Below, piece by piece: positions 39,747-53,950 of a stretch of 64,000 nucleotides of DNA. The notes under the pieces were generated by a model. It saw only the letters and a list, made by a program, of their open reading frames with translations. It did no database searches and was not told the origin of the DNA. Origin of the DNA: Eledone cirrhosa (Eukaryota); contig OZ024743.1 of NCBI GenBank assembly GCA_964016885.1, forward strand, positions 316,014,001 to 316,078,000, written 5' to 3'. The translations under genes were made by a program, and so were the position numbers. How positions within the stretch are numbered: position 1 is the stretch's first letter; each line of letters opens with the position of its first letter.

Positions 39747-41250
39747 TATTACGATTTGTTTTTTTTTGTTTTTTTCTATTAGGCTTTTAAACCTTTACCT
39801 TTTTAACTCAGTCAAGTATTTCTAGATAGAAATAATTTTGTTTTGATTTTTTTGAAAATATAAGAATTTTTCTTGTTAAAGTTTTCTTTTTAAATTTCAT
39901 TATATAAATCGTCGAAGTATTGGCACGAAGGGTATTCTTGTTTCGTGAACCTTGAAATAGCATATGGCTGTGTTCCACGGCCCCTGATGTTGCAGGTTCA
40001 GCAGGAGTTGGCGTTTATGTTCAGTTTCTTAATACCCTGAAGTCTTTAAACGAAAGTCCTAGTGTTTCTGTTCGGATTAATGTTGTTAGTTAAAAACCAT
40101 TCAATGTAGGTGTCTGATTCAGTTAAAAGTGTGTACTTTCACCTCTCCAGTTCAATGTCTTCGTGGACAGCATTGACATTTATGGCCGGGCTGGAAATGG
40201 TGACCGGATCAATTGGCTAAATTCGTCAGGCGGTGAACTCCGACATGCACGTGATAGGTTTGCTGCCGAATGCTGCACGGCAGGAATGAAAATAAGTACT
40301 GCGAAGACTGAGATACTCATCTTCTCAATGATATCTGCTCTGTGCACTCTATATGTGCATGAATTTTCACTGAAGCAGAAGGTTGGATTATATGCACGTA
40401 TTGTTAGAGCTGGTGCAATAATGCGCCAGCTTCAGCATTCGGTCTGAAGAAGGGAGGTAGGTGTAAAATCCGAACTCGCTATCTTCAATTCGGCATTCCT
40501 ACCTGCTCTTACCTATGGCCATGAATCTTTGGTAATGACCAAAATAATATAAAAATGTGCCTCAAACTAACAGATGTTCCTCGAGTCTAATGATCCACAC
40601 CTAGCAAGCGCCGGCAAACCCGGATCATTTGGCACTTATTAAACCCACGCATTGACCTGTGCTCTGACTAAGCCCCACCCTACACTCACACTCCCCTGGG
40701 AACCCAAATGCAGAGATCCCGAGTTCACACCCCACTCTCCCACTTCTTCCTTAGTGTATCCACCTACTACCTACAATGTACCATCAACCAACCACTACAC
40801 ACCGGTGAGTTTCCTTTTACATTCTATACTTCCCATGTGTATAGGTGTAGATAGTCTTACGATCTTCTCTTCCCTAATTCTTGTATGGGTGTAAGGATGT
40901 AGCATCTACATATGTGTGTGTGCATGTGTGAGTGACATTCGCGTTATTAACACGACGCTCTAACCAACTGAGCTAACCGGCCAGTTGGATCTGTTGCTGT
41001 CTAAATAAACTATTAATACAATAATTATTTCTACTTTTGGCACAAGGCCAGCAATTATCGTAGTCCTAAGAATAGAGTTACGTCCCTTTAGAGTCTGAGT
41101 TTAAATCCCGCCGAGGTCAACTTAGCCTTTCACCCTTACGGCGACGATAAAATAAAGTACCAGTAATGCACTGGATTCATTGATGGCCTTGTTCCAAAAG
41201 TAGAAATAATTATTGTATTAATAGTTTATTTGACATCCCCAGATACGTCT

Positions 41251-41324
41251 GGCCGGTTAGCTCAGTTGGTTAGAGCGTCGTGCTAATAACGCGAATGTCG
41301 TGGGTTCGAGCCCCATATTGGCCA
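41251..41324 (+). tRNA. trnI: tRNA-Ile(AAT)
   Basis: Consensus copy. Confidence 0.95.
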
Positions 41325-42828
41325 TATTACGATTTGTTTTTTTTTTGTTTTTTTCTATTAGGCTTTTAAACCTTTACCTTTTTAACTCAGTCAAGTATTT
41401 CTAGATAAAAATAATTTTGTTTTGATTTTTTTGAAAATATAAGAATTTTTCTTGTTAAAGTTTTCTTTTTAAATTTCATTATATAAATCGTCGAAGTATT
41501 GGCACGAAGGGTATTCTTGTTTCGTGAACCTTGAAATAGCATATGGCTGCGTTCCACGGCCCCTGATGTTGCAGGTTCAGCAGGAGTTGGCGTTTATGTT
41601 CAGTTTCTTAATACCCTGAAGTCTTTAAACGAAAGTCCTAGTGTTTGTGTTCGGATTAATGTTGTTAGTTAAAAACCATTCAATGTAGGTGTCTGACTCA
41701 GTTAAAAGTGTGTACTTTCACCTCTCCAGTTCAATGTCTTCGTGGACAGCATTGACATTTATGGCCGGGCTGGAAATGGTGACCGGATCAATTGGCTAAA
41801 TTCGTCAGGCGGTGAACTCCGACATGCACGTGATAGGTTTGCTGCCGAATGCTGCACGGCAGGAATGAAAATAAGTACTGCGAAGACTGAGATACTCATC
41901 TTCTCAATGATATCTGCTCTGTGCACTCTATATGTGCATGAATTTTCACTGAAGCAGAAGGTTGGATTATATGCACGTATTGTTAGAGCTGGTGCAATAA
42001 TGCGCCAGCTTCAGCATTCGGTCTGAAGAAGGGAGGTAGGTGTAAAATCCAAACTCGCTATCTTCAATTCGGCATTCCTACCAGCTCTTACCTATGGCCA
42101 TGAATCTTTGGTAATGACCAAAATAATATAAAAATGTGCCTCAAACTAACAGATGTTCCTCGAGTCTAATGATCCACACCTAGCAAGCGCCGGCAAACCC
42201 GGATCATTTGGCACTTATTAAACCCACGCATTGACCTGTGCTCTGACTAATCCCCACCCTACACTCACACTCCCCTGAGAACCCAAATGCCGAGATCCCG
42301 AGTTCACACCCACTCTCCCACTTCTTCCTTAGTGTATCCACCTACTACCTACAATGTACCATCAACCAACCACTACACACCTGTGAGTTTCCTTTTACAT
42401 ACTATACTTCCCATGTGTATAGGTGTAGATAGTCTTACGATCTTCTCTTCCCTAATTCTTGTATGGGTGTATGGATGTAGCATCTACATATGTGTGTGTG
42501 CATGTGTGAGTGACATTCGCGTTATTAACACGACGCTCTAACCAACTGTGCTAACCGGCCAGTTGGATCTGTTGCTGTCAGAATAAACTACTAATACAAT
42601 AATTATTTCTACTTTTGGCACAAGGCCAGCAATTATCCTAGTCCTAAGAATAGAGTTACGTCCCTTTAGAGTCTGAGTTTAAATCCCGCCGAAGTCAACT
42701 TTGCCTTTCACCCTTACGGCGACGATAAAATAAAGTACCAGTGATGCACTGAAATAATTGATGGCCTTGTTCCAAAAGTAGAAATAATTATTATATTAAT
42801 AGTTTATTTGACATCCCCAGATACGTCT

Positions 42829-42902
42829 GGCCGGTTAGCTCAGTTGGTTAGAGCGTCGTGCTAATAACGCGAATGTCGTGGGTTCGAGCCCCATATTGGC
42901 CA
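42829..42902 (+). tRNA. trnI: tRNA-Ile(AAT)
   Basis: Consensus copy. Confidence 0.95.
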
Positions 42903-44406
42903 TATTACGATTTGTTTTTTTTTGTTTTTTTCTATTAGGCTTTTAAACCTTTACCTTTTTAACTCAGTCAAGTATTTCTAGATAGAAATAATTTTGTTTT
43001 GATTTTTTTGAAAATATAAGAATTTTTCTTGTTAAAGTTTTCTTTTTAAATTTCATTATATAAATCGTCGAAGTATTGGCACGAAGGGTATTCTTGTTTC
43101 GTGAACCTTGAAATAGCATATGGCTGTGTTCCACGGCCCCTGATGTTGCAGGTTCAGCAGGAGTTGGCGTTTATGTTCAGTTTCTTAATACCCTGAAGTC
43201 TTTAAACGAAAGTCCTAGTGTTTCTGTTCGGATTAATGTTGTTAGTTAAAAACCATTCAATGTAGGTGTCTGATTCAGTTAAAAGTGTGTACTTTCACCT
43301 CTCCAGTTCAATGTCTTCGTGGACAGCATTGACATTTATGGCCGGGCTGGAAATGGTGACCGGATCAATTGGCTAAATTCGTCAGGCGGTGAACTCCGAC
43401 ATGCACGTGATAGGTTTGCTGCCGAATGCTGCACGGCAGGAATGAAAATAAGTACTGCGAAGACTGAGATACTCATCTTCTCAATGATATCTGCTCTGTG
43501 CACTCTATATGTGCATGAATTTTCACTGAAGCAGAAGGTTGGATTATATGCACGTATTGTTAGAGCTGGTGCAATAATGCGCCAGCTTCAGCATTCGGTC
43601 TGAAGAAGGGAGGTAGGTGTAAAATCCGAACTCGCTATCTTCAATTCGGCATTCCTACCTGCTCTTACCTATGGCCATGAATCTTTGGTAATGACCAAAA
43701 TAATATAAAAATGTGCCTCAAACTAACAGATGTTCCTCGAGTCTAATGATCCACACCTAGCAAGCGCCGGCAAACCCGGATCATTTGGCACTTATTAAAC
43801 CCACGCATTGACCTGTGCTCTGACTAAGCCCCACCCTACACTCACACTCCCCTGGGAACCCAAATGCAGAGATCCCGAGTTCACACCCCACTCTCCCACT
43901 TCTTCCTTAGTGTATCCACCTACTACCTACAATGTACCATCAACCAACCACTACACACCGGTGAGTTTCCTTTTACATTCTATACTTCCCATGTGTATAG
44001 GTGTAGATAGTCTTACGATCTTCTCTTCCCTAATTCTTGTATGGGTGTAAGGATGTAGCATCTACATATGTGTGTGTGCATGTGTGAGTGACATTCGCGT
44101 TATTAACACGACGCTCTAACCAACTGAGCTAACCGGCCAGTTGGATCTGTTGCTGTCTAAATAAACTATTAATACAATAATTATTTCTACTTTTGGCACA
44201 AGGCCAGCAATTATCGTAGTCCTAAGAATAGAGTTACGTCCCTTTAGAGTCTGAGTTTAAATCCCGCCGAGGTCAACTTAGCCTTTCACCCTTACGGCGA
44301 CGATAAAATAAAGTACCAGTAATGCACTGGATTCATTGATGGCCTTGTTCCAAAAGTAGAAATAATTATTGTATTAATAGTTTATTTGACATCCCCAGAT
44401 ACGTCT

Positions 44407-44480
44407 GGCCGGTTAGCTCACTTGGTTAGAGCGTCGTGCTAATAACGCGAATGTCGTGGGTTCGAGCCCCATATTGGCCA
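44407..44480 (+). tRNA. trnI: tRNA-Ile(AAT), G15C variant
   Basis: TAGCTCACTTGG. Confidence 0.75.
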
Positions 44481-45985
44481 TATTACGATTTGTTTTTTTT
44501 TTGTTTTTTTCTATTAGGCTTTTAAACCTTTACCTTTTTAACTCAGTCAAGTATTTCTAGATAAAAATAATTTTGTTTTGATTTTTTTGAAAATATAAGA
44601 ATTTTTCTTGTTAAAGTTTTCTTTTTAAATTTCATTATATAAATCGTCGAAGTATTGGCACGAAGGGTATTCTTGTTTCGTGAACCTTGAAATAGCATAT
44701 GGCTGCGTTCCACGGCCCCTGATGTTGCAGGTTCAGCAGGAGTTGGCGTTTATGTTCAGTTTCTTAATACCCTGAAGTCTTTAAACGAAAGTCCTAGTGT
44801 TTGTGTTCGGATTAATGTTGTTAGTTAAAAACCATTCAATGTAGGTGTCTGACTCAGTTAAAAGTGTGTACTTTCACCTCTCCAGTTCAATGTCTTCGTG
44901 GACAGCATTGACATTTATGGCCGGGCTGGAAATGGTGACCGGATCAATGGGCTAAATTCGTCAGGCGGTGAACTCCGACATGCTCTTGATAGGTTTGCTG
45001 CCGAATGCTGCACGGCAGGAATGAAAATCAGTACTGCGAAGACTGAGATACTCATCTTCTCAATGATATCTGCTCTGTGCACTCTATATGTGCATGAATT
45101 TTCACTGAAGCAGAAGGTTGGATTATATGCACGTATTGTTAGAGCTGGTGCAATAATGCGCCAGCTTCAGCATTCGGTCTGAAGAAGGGAGGTAGGTGTA
45201 AAATCCGAACTCGCTATCTTCAATTCGGTATTCCTACCAGCTCTTACCTATGGCCTTGAATCTTTGGTAATGACCAAAATAATATAAAAATGTGCCTCAA
45301 ACTAACAGATGTTCCTCGAGTCTAATGATCCACACCTAGCAAGCGCCGGCAAACCCGGATCATTTGGCACTTATTAAACCCTCGCATTGACCTGTGCTCT
45401 GACTAATCCCCACCCTACACTCACACTCCCCTGGGAACCCAAATACAGAGATCCCGAGTTCACACCCCACTCTCCCACTTCTTCCTTAGTGTATCCACCT
45501 ACTACCTACAATGTACCATCAACCAACCACTACACACCTGTGAGTTTCCTTTTACATACTATACTTCCCATGTGTATAGGTGTAGATAGTCTTACGATCT
45601 TCTCTTCCCTAATTCTTGTATGGGTGTATGGATGTAGCATCTACATATGTGTGTGTGCATGTGTGAGTGACATTCGCGTTATTAACACGACGCTCTAACC
45701 AACTGTGCTAACCGGCCAGTTGGATCTGTTGCTGTCAGAATAAACTACTAATACAATAATTATTTCTACTTTTGGCACAAGGCCAGCAATTATCCTAGTC
45801 CTAAGAATAGAGTTACGTCCCTTTAGAGTCTGAGTTTAAATCCCGCCGAGGTCAACTTTGTCTTTCACCCTTACGGCGACGATAAAATAAAGTACCAGTG
45901 ATGCACTGAAATAATTGATGGCCTTGTTCCAAAAGTAGAAATAATTATTGTATTAATAGTTTATTTGACATCCCCAGATACGTCT

Positions 45986-46059
45986 GGCCGGTTAGCTCGG
46001 TTGGTTAGAGCGTCGTGCTAATAACGCGAATGTCGTGGGTTCGAGCCCCATATTGGCCA
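45986..46059 (+). tRNA. trnI: tRNA-Ile(AAT), A14G variant
   Basis: TAGCTCGGTTGG; the invariant A14 is lost. Confidence 0.72.
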
Positions 46060-47563
46060 TATTACGATTTGTTTTTTTTTGTTTTTTTCTATTAGGCTTT
46101 TAAACCTTTACCTTTTTAACTCAGTCAAGTATTTCTAGATAGAAATAATTTTGTTTTGATTTTTTTGAAAATATAAGAATTTTTCTTGTTAAAGTTTTCT
46201 TTTTAAATTTCATTATATAAATCGTCGAAGTATTGGCACGAAGGGTATTCTTGTTTCGTGAACCTTGAAATAGCATATGGCTGTGTTCCACGGCCCCTGA
46301 TGTTGCAGGTTCAGCAGGAGTTGGCGTTTATGTTCAGTTTCTTAATACCCTGAAGTCTTTAAACGAAAGTCCTAGTGTTTCTGTTCGGATTAATGTTGTT
46401 AGTTAAAAACCATTCAATGTAGGTGTCTGATTCAGTTAAAAGTGTGTACTTTCACCTCTCCAGTTCAATGTCTTCGTGGACAGCATTGACATTTATGGCC
46501 GGGCTGGAAATGGTGACCGGATCAATTGGCTAAATTCGTCAGGCGGTGAACTCCGACATGCACGTGATAGGTTTGCTGCCGAATGCTGCACGGCAGGAAT
46601 GAAAATAAGTACTGCGAAGACTGAGATACTCATCTTCTCAATGATATCTGCTCTGTGCACTCTATATGTGCATGAATTTTCACTGAAGCAGAAGGTTGGA
46701 TTATATGCACGTATTGTTAGAGCTGGTGCAATAATGCGCCAGCTTCAGCATTCGGTCTGAAGAAGGGAGGTAGGTGTAAAATCCGAACTCGCTATCTTCA
46801 ATTCGGCATTCCTACCTGCTCTTACCTATGGCCATGAATCTTTGGTAATGACCAAAATAATATAAAAATGTGCCTCAAACTAACAGATGTTCCTCGAGTC
46901 TAATGATCCACACCTAGCAAGCGCCGGCAAACCCGGATCATTTGGCACTTATTAAACCCACGCATTGACCTGTGCTCTGACTAAGCCCCACCCTACACTC
47001 ACACTCCCCTGGGAACCCAAATGCAGAGATCCCGAGTTCACACCCCACTCTCCCACTTCTTCCTTAGTGTATCCACCTACTACCTACAATGTACCATCAA
47101 CCAACCACTACACACCGGTGAGTTTCCTTTTACATTCTATACTTCCCATGTGTATAGGTGTAGATAGTCTTACGATCTTCTCTTCCCTAATTCTTGTATG
47201 GGTGTAAGGATGTAGCATCTACATATGTGTGTGTGCATGTGTGAGTGACATTCGCGTTATTAACACGACGCTCTAACCAACTGAGCTGACCGGCCAGTTG
47301 GATCTGTTGCTGTCTAAATAAACTATTAATACAATAATTATTTCTACTTTTGGCACAAGGCCAGCAATTATCCTAGTCCTAAGAATAGAGTTACGTCCCT
47401 TTAGAGTCTGAGTTTAAATCCCGCCGAGGTCAACTTAGCCTTTCACCCTTACGGCGACGATAAAATAAAGTACCAGTAATGCACTGGATTCATTGATGGC
47501 CTTGTTCCAAAAGTAGAAATAATTATTGTATTAATAGTTTATTTGACATCCCCAGATACGTCT

Positions 47564-47637
47564 GGCCGGTTAGCTCACTTGGTTAGAGCGTCGTGCTAAT
47601 AACGCGAATGTCGTGGGTTCGAGCCCCATATTGGCCA
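47564..47637 (+). tRNA. trnI: tRNA-Ile(AAT), G15C variant
   Basis: TAGCTCACTTGG. Confidence 0.75.
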
Positions 47638-49142
47638 TATTACGATTTGTTTTTTTTTTGTTTTTTTCTATTAGGCTTTTAAACCTTTACCTTTTTAACT
47701 CAGTCAAGTATTTCTAGATAAAAATAATTTTGTTTTGATTTTTTTGAAAATATAAGAATTTTTCTTGTTAAAGTTTTCTTTTTAAATTTCATTATATAAA
47801 TCGTCGAAGTATTGGCACGAAGGGTATTCTTGTTTCGTGAACCTTGAAATAGCATATGGCTGCGTTCCACGGCCCCTGATGTTGCAGGTTCAGCAGGAGT
47901 TGGCGTTTATGTTCAGTTTCTTAATACCCTGAAGTCTTTAAACGAAAGTCCTAGTGTTTGTGTTCGGATTAATGTTGTTAGTTAAAAACCATTCAATGTA
48001 GGTGTCTGACTCAGTTAAAAGTGTGTACTTTCACCTCTCCAGTTCAATGTCTTCGTGGACAGCATTGACATTTATGGCCGGGCTGGAAATGGTGACCGGA
48101 TCAATGGGCTAAATTCGTCAGGCGGTGAACTCCGACATGCTCTTGATAGGTTTGCTGCCGAATGCTGCACGGCAGGAATGAAAATCAGTACTGCGAAGAC
48201 TGAGATACTCATCTTCTCAATGATATCTGCTCTGTGCACTCTATATGTGCATGAATTTTCACTGAAGCAGAAGGTTGGATTATATGCACGTATTGTTAGA
48301 GCTGGTGCAATAATGCGCCAGCTTCAGCATTCGGTCTGAAGAAGGGAGGTAGGTGTAAAATCCGAACTCGCTATCTTCAATTCGGTATTCCTACCAGCTC
48401 TTACCTATGGCCTTGAATCTTTGGTAATGACCAAAATAATATAAAAATGTGCCTCAAACTAACAGATGTTCCTCGAGTCTAATGATCCACACCTAGCAAG
48501 CGCCGGCAAACCCGGATCATTTGGCACTTATTAAACCCTCGCATTGACCTGTGCTCTGACTAATCCCCACCCTACACTCACACTCCCCTGGGAACCCAAA
48601 TGCAGAGATCCCGAGTTCACACCCCACTCTCCCACTTCTTCCTTAGTGTATCCACCTACTACCTACAATGTACCATCAACCAACCACTACACACCTGTGA
48701 GTTTCCTTTTACATACTATACTTCCCATGTGTATAGGTGTAGATAGTCTTACGATCTTCTCTTCCCTAATTCTTGTATGGGTGTATGGATGTAGCATCTA
48801 CATATGTGTGTGTGCATGTGTGAGTGACATTCGCGTTATTAACACGACGCTCTAACCAACTGTGCTAACCGGCCAGTTGGATCTGTTGCTGTCAGAATAA
48901 ACTACTAATACAATAATTATTTCTACTTTTGGCACAAGGCCAGCAATTATCCTAGTCCTAAGAATAGAGTTACGTCCCTTTAGAGTCTGAGTTTAAATCC
49001 CGCCGAGGTCAACTTTGCCTTTCACCCTTACGGCGACGATAAAATAAAGTACCAGTGATGCACTGAAATAATTGATGGCCTTGTTCCAAAAGTAGAAATA
49101 ATTATTGTATTAATAGTTTATTTGACATCCCCAGATACGTCT

Positions 49143-49216
49143 GGCCGGTTAGCTCAGTTGGTTAGAGCGTCGTGCTAATAACGCGAATGTCGTGGGTTCG
49201 AGCCCCATATTGGCCA
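49143..49216 (+). tRNA. trnI: tRNA-Ile(AAT)
   Basis: Consensus copy. Confidence 0.95.
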
Positions 49217-50720
49217 TATTACGATTTGTTTTTTTTTGTTTTTTTCTATTAGGCTTTTAAACCTTTACCTTTTTAACTCAGTCAAGTATTTCTAGATAGA
49301 AATAATTTTGTTTTGATTTTTTTGAAAATATAAGAATTTTTCTTGTTAAAGTTTTCTTTTTAAATTTCATTATATAAATCGTCGAAGTATTGGCACGAAG
49401 GGTATTCTTGTTTCGTGAACCTTGAAATAGCATATGGCTGTGTTCCACGGCCCCTGATGTTGCAGGTTCAGCAGGAGTTGGCGTTTATGTTCAGTTTCTT
49501 AATACCCTGAAGTCTTTAAACGAAAGTCCTAGTGTTTCTGTTCGGATTAATGTTGTTAGTTAAAAACCATTCAATGTAGGTGTCTGATTCAGTTAAAAGT
49601 GTGTACTTTCACCTCTCCAGTTCAATGTCTTCGTGGACAGCATTGACATTTATGGCCGGGCTGGAAATGGTGACCGGATCAATTGGCTAAATTCGTCAGG
49701 CGGTGAACTCCGACATGCACGTGATAGGTTTGCTGCCGAATGCTGCACGGCAGGAATGAAAATAAGTACTGCGAAGACTGAGATACTCATCTTCTCAATG
49801 ATATCTGCTCTGTGCACTCTATATGTGCATGAATTTTCACTGAAGCAGAAGGTTGGATTATATGCACGTATTGTTAGAGCTGGTGCAATAATGCGCCAGC
49901 TTCAGCATTCGGTCTGAAGAAGGGAGGTAGGTGTAAAATCCGAACTCGCTATCTTCAATTCGGCATTCCTACCTGCTCTTACCTATGGCCATGAATCTTT
50001 GGTAATGACCAAAATAATATAAAAATGTGCCTCAAACTAACAGATGTTCCTCGAGTCTAATGATCCACACCTAGCAAGCGCCGGCAAACCCGGATCATTT
50101 GGCACTTATTAAACCCACGCATTGACCTGTGCTCTGACTAAGCCCCACCCTACACTCACACTCCCCTGGGAACCCAAATGCAGAGATCCCGAGTTCACAC
50201 CCCACTCTCCCACTTCTTCCTTAGTGTATCCACCTACTACCTACAATGTACCATCAACCAACCACTACACACCGGTGAGTTTCCTTTTACATTCTATACT
50301 TCCCATGTGTATAGGTGTAGATAGTCTTACGATCTTCTCTTCCCTAATTCTTGTATGGGTGTAAGGATGTAGCATCTACATATGTGTGTGTGCATGTGTG
50401 AGTGACATTCGCGTTATTAACACGACGCTCTAACCAACTGAGCTAACCGGCCAGTTGGATCTGTTGCTGTCTAAATAAACTATTAATACAATAATTATTT
50501 CTACTTTTGGCACAAGGCCAGCAATTATCGTAGTCCTAAGAATAGAGTTACGTCCCTTTAGAGTCTGAGTTTAAATCCCGCCGAGGTCAACTTAGCCTTT
50601 CACCCTTACGGCGACGATAAAATAAAGTACCAGTAATGCACTGGATTCATTGATGGCCTTGTTCCAAAAGTAGAAATAATTATTGTATTAATAGTTTATT
50701 TGACATCCCCAGATACGTCT

Positions 50721-50794
50721 GGCCGGTTAGCTCAGTTGGTTAGAGCGTCGTGCTAATAACGCGAATGTCGTGGGTTCGAGCCCCATATTGGCCA
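50721..50794 (+). tRNA. trnI: tRNA-Ile(AAT)
   Basis: Consensus copy. Confidence 0.95.
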
Positions 50795-52298
50795 TATTAC
50801 GATTTGTTTTTTTTTTGTTTTTTTCTATTAGGCTTTTAAACCTTTACCTTTTTAACTCAGTCAAGTATTTCTAGATAAAAATAATTTTGTTTTGATTTTT
50901 TTGAAAATATAAGAATTTTTCTTGTTAAAGTTTTCTTTTTAAATTTCATTATATAAATCGTCGAAGTATTGGCACGAAGGGTATTCTTGTTTCGTGAACC
51001 TTGAAATAGCATATGGCTGCGTTCCACGGCCCCTGATGTTGCAGGTTCAGCAGGAGTTGGCGTTTATGTTCAGTTTCTTAATACCCTGAAGTCTTTAAAC
51101 GAAAGTCCTAGTGTTTGTGTTCGGATTAATGTTGTTAGTTAAAAACCATTCAATGTAGGTGTCTGACTCAGTTAAAAGTGTGTACTTTCACCTCTCCAGT
51201 TCAATGTCTTCGTGGACAGCATTGACATTTATGGCCGGGCTGGAAATGGTGACCGGATCAATTGGCTAAATTCGTCAGGCGGTGAACTCCGACATGCACG
51301 TGATAGGTTTGCTGCCGAATGCTGCACGGCAGGAATGAAAATAAGTACTGCGAAGACTGAGATACTCATCTTCTCAATGATATCTGCTCTGTGCACTCTA
51401 TATGTGCATGAATTTTCACTGAAGCAGAAGGTTGGATTATATGCACGTATTGTTAGAGCTGGTGCAATAATGCGCCAGCTTCAGCATTCGGTCTGAAGAA
51501 GGGAGGTAGGTGTAAAATCCAAACTCGCTATCTTCAATTCGGCATTCCTACCAGCTCTTACCTATGGCCATGAATCTTTGGTAATGACCAAAATAATATA
51601 AAAATGTGCCTCAAACTAACAGATGTTCCTCGAGTCTAATGATCCACACCTAGCAAGCGCCGGCAAACCCGGATCATTTGGCACTTATTAAACCCACGCA
51701 TTGACCTGTGCTCTGACTAATCCCCACCCTACACTCACACTCCCCTGAGAACCCAAATGCCGAGATCCCGAGTTCACACCCACTCTCCCACTTCTTCCTT
51801 AGTGTATCCACCTACTACCTACAATGTACCATCAACCAACCACTACACACCTGTGAGTTTCCTTTTACATACTATACTTCCCATGTGTATAGGTGTAGAT
51901 AGTCTTACGATCTTCTCTTCCCTAATTCTTGTATGGGTGTATGGATGTAGCATCTACATATGTGTGTGTGCATGTGTGAGTGACATTCGCGTTATTAACA
52001 CGACGCTCTAACCAACTGTGCTAACCGGCCAGTTGGATCTGTTGCTGTCAGAATAAACTACTAATACAATAATTATTTCTACTTTTGGCACAAGGCCAGC
52101 AATTATCGTAGTCCTAAGAATAGAGTTACGTCCCTTTAGAGTCTGAGTTTAAATCCCGCCGAAGTCAACTTTGCCTTTCACCCTTACGGCGACGATAAAA
52201 TAAAGTACCAGTGATGCACTGAAATAATTGATGGCCTTGTTCCAAAAGTAGAAATAATTATTATATTAATAGTTTATTTGACATCCCCAGATACGTCT

Positions 52299-52372
52299 GG
52301 CCGGTTAGCTCAGTTGGTTAGAGCGTCGTGCTAATAACGCGAATGTCGTGGGTTCGAGCCCCATATTGGCCA
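52299..52372 (+). tRNA. trnI: tRNA-Ile(AAT)
   Basis: Consensus copy. Confidence 0.95.
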
Positions 52373-53876
52373 TATTACGATTTGTTTTTTTTTGTTTTTT
52401 TCTATTAGGCTTTTAAACCTTTACCTTTTTAACTCAGTCAAGTATTTCTAGATAGAAATAATTTTGTTTTGATTTTTTTGAAAATATAAGAATTTTTCTT
52501 GTTAAAGTTTTCTTTTTAAATTTCATTATATAAATCGTCGAAGTATTGGCACGAAGGGTATTCTTGTTTCGTGAACCTTGAAATAGCATATGGCTGTGTT
52601 CCACGGCCCCTGATGTTGCAGGTTCAGCAGGAGTTGGCGTTTATGTTCAGTTTCTTAATACCCTGAAGTCTTTAAACGAAAGTCCTAGTGTTTCTGTTCG
52701 GATTAATGTTGTTAGTTAAAAACCATTCAATGTAGGTGTCTGATTCAGTTAAAAGTGTGTACTTTCACCTCTCCAGTTCAATGTCTTCGTGGACAGCATT
52801 GACATTTATGGCCGGGCTGGAAATGGTGACCGGATCAATTGGCTAAATTCGTCAGGCGGTGAACTCCGACATGCACGTGATAGGTTTGCTGCCGAATGCT
52901 GCACGGCAGGAATGAAAATAAGTACTGCGAAGACTGAGATACTCATCTTCTCAATGATATCTGCTCTGTGCACTCTATATGTGCATGAATTTTCACTGAA
53001 GCAGAAGGTTGGATTATATGCACGTATTGTTAGAGCTGGTGCAATAATGCGCCAGCTTCAGCATTCGGTCTGAAGAAGGGAGGTAGGTGTAAAATCCGAA
53101 CTCGCTATCTTCAATTCGGCATTCCTACCTGCTCTTACCTATGGCCATGAATCTTTGGTAATGACCAAAATAATATAAAAATGTGCCTCAAACTAACAGA
53201 TGTTCCTCGAGTCTAATGATCCACACCTAGCAAGCGCCGGCAAACCCGGATCATTTGGCACTTATTAAACCCACGCATTGACCTGTGCTCTGACTAAGCC
53301 CCACCCTACACTCACACTCCCCTGGGAACCCAAATGCAGAGATCCCGAGTTCACACCCCACTCTCCCACTTCTTCCTTAGTGTATCCACCTACTACCTAC
53401 AATGTACCATCAACCAACCACTACACACCGGTGAGTTTCCTTTTACATTCTATACTTCCCATGTGTATAGGTGTAGATAGTCTTACGATCTTCTCTTCCC
53501 TAATTCTTGTATGGGTGTAAGGATGTAGCATCTACATATGTGTGTGTGCATGTGTGAGTGACATTCGCGTTATTAACACGACGCTCTAACCAACTGAGCT
53601 AACCGGCCAGTTGGATCTGTTGCTGTCAGAATAAACTACTAATACAATAATTATTTCTACTTTTGGCACAAGGCCAGCAATTATCCTAGTCCTAAGAATA
53701 GAGTTACGTCCCTTTAGAGTCTGAGTTTAAATCCCGCCGAAGTCAACTTTGCCTTTCACCCTTACGGCGACGATAAAATAAAGTACCAGTGATGCACTGA
53801 AATAATTGATGGCCTTGTTCCAAAAGTAGAAATAATTATTGTATTAATAGTTTATTTGACATCCCCAGATACGTCT

Positions 53877-53950
53877 GGCCGGTTAGCTCAGTTGGTTAGA
53901 GCGTCGTGCTAATAACGCGAATGTCGTGGGTTCGAGCCCCATATTGGCCA
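53877..53950 (+). tRNA. trnI: tRNA-Ile(AAT)
   Basis: Consensus copy. Confidence 0.95.
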
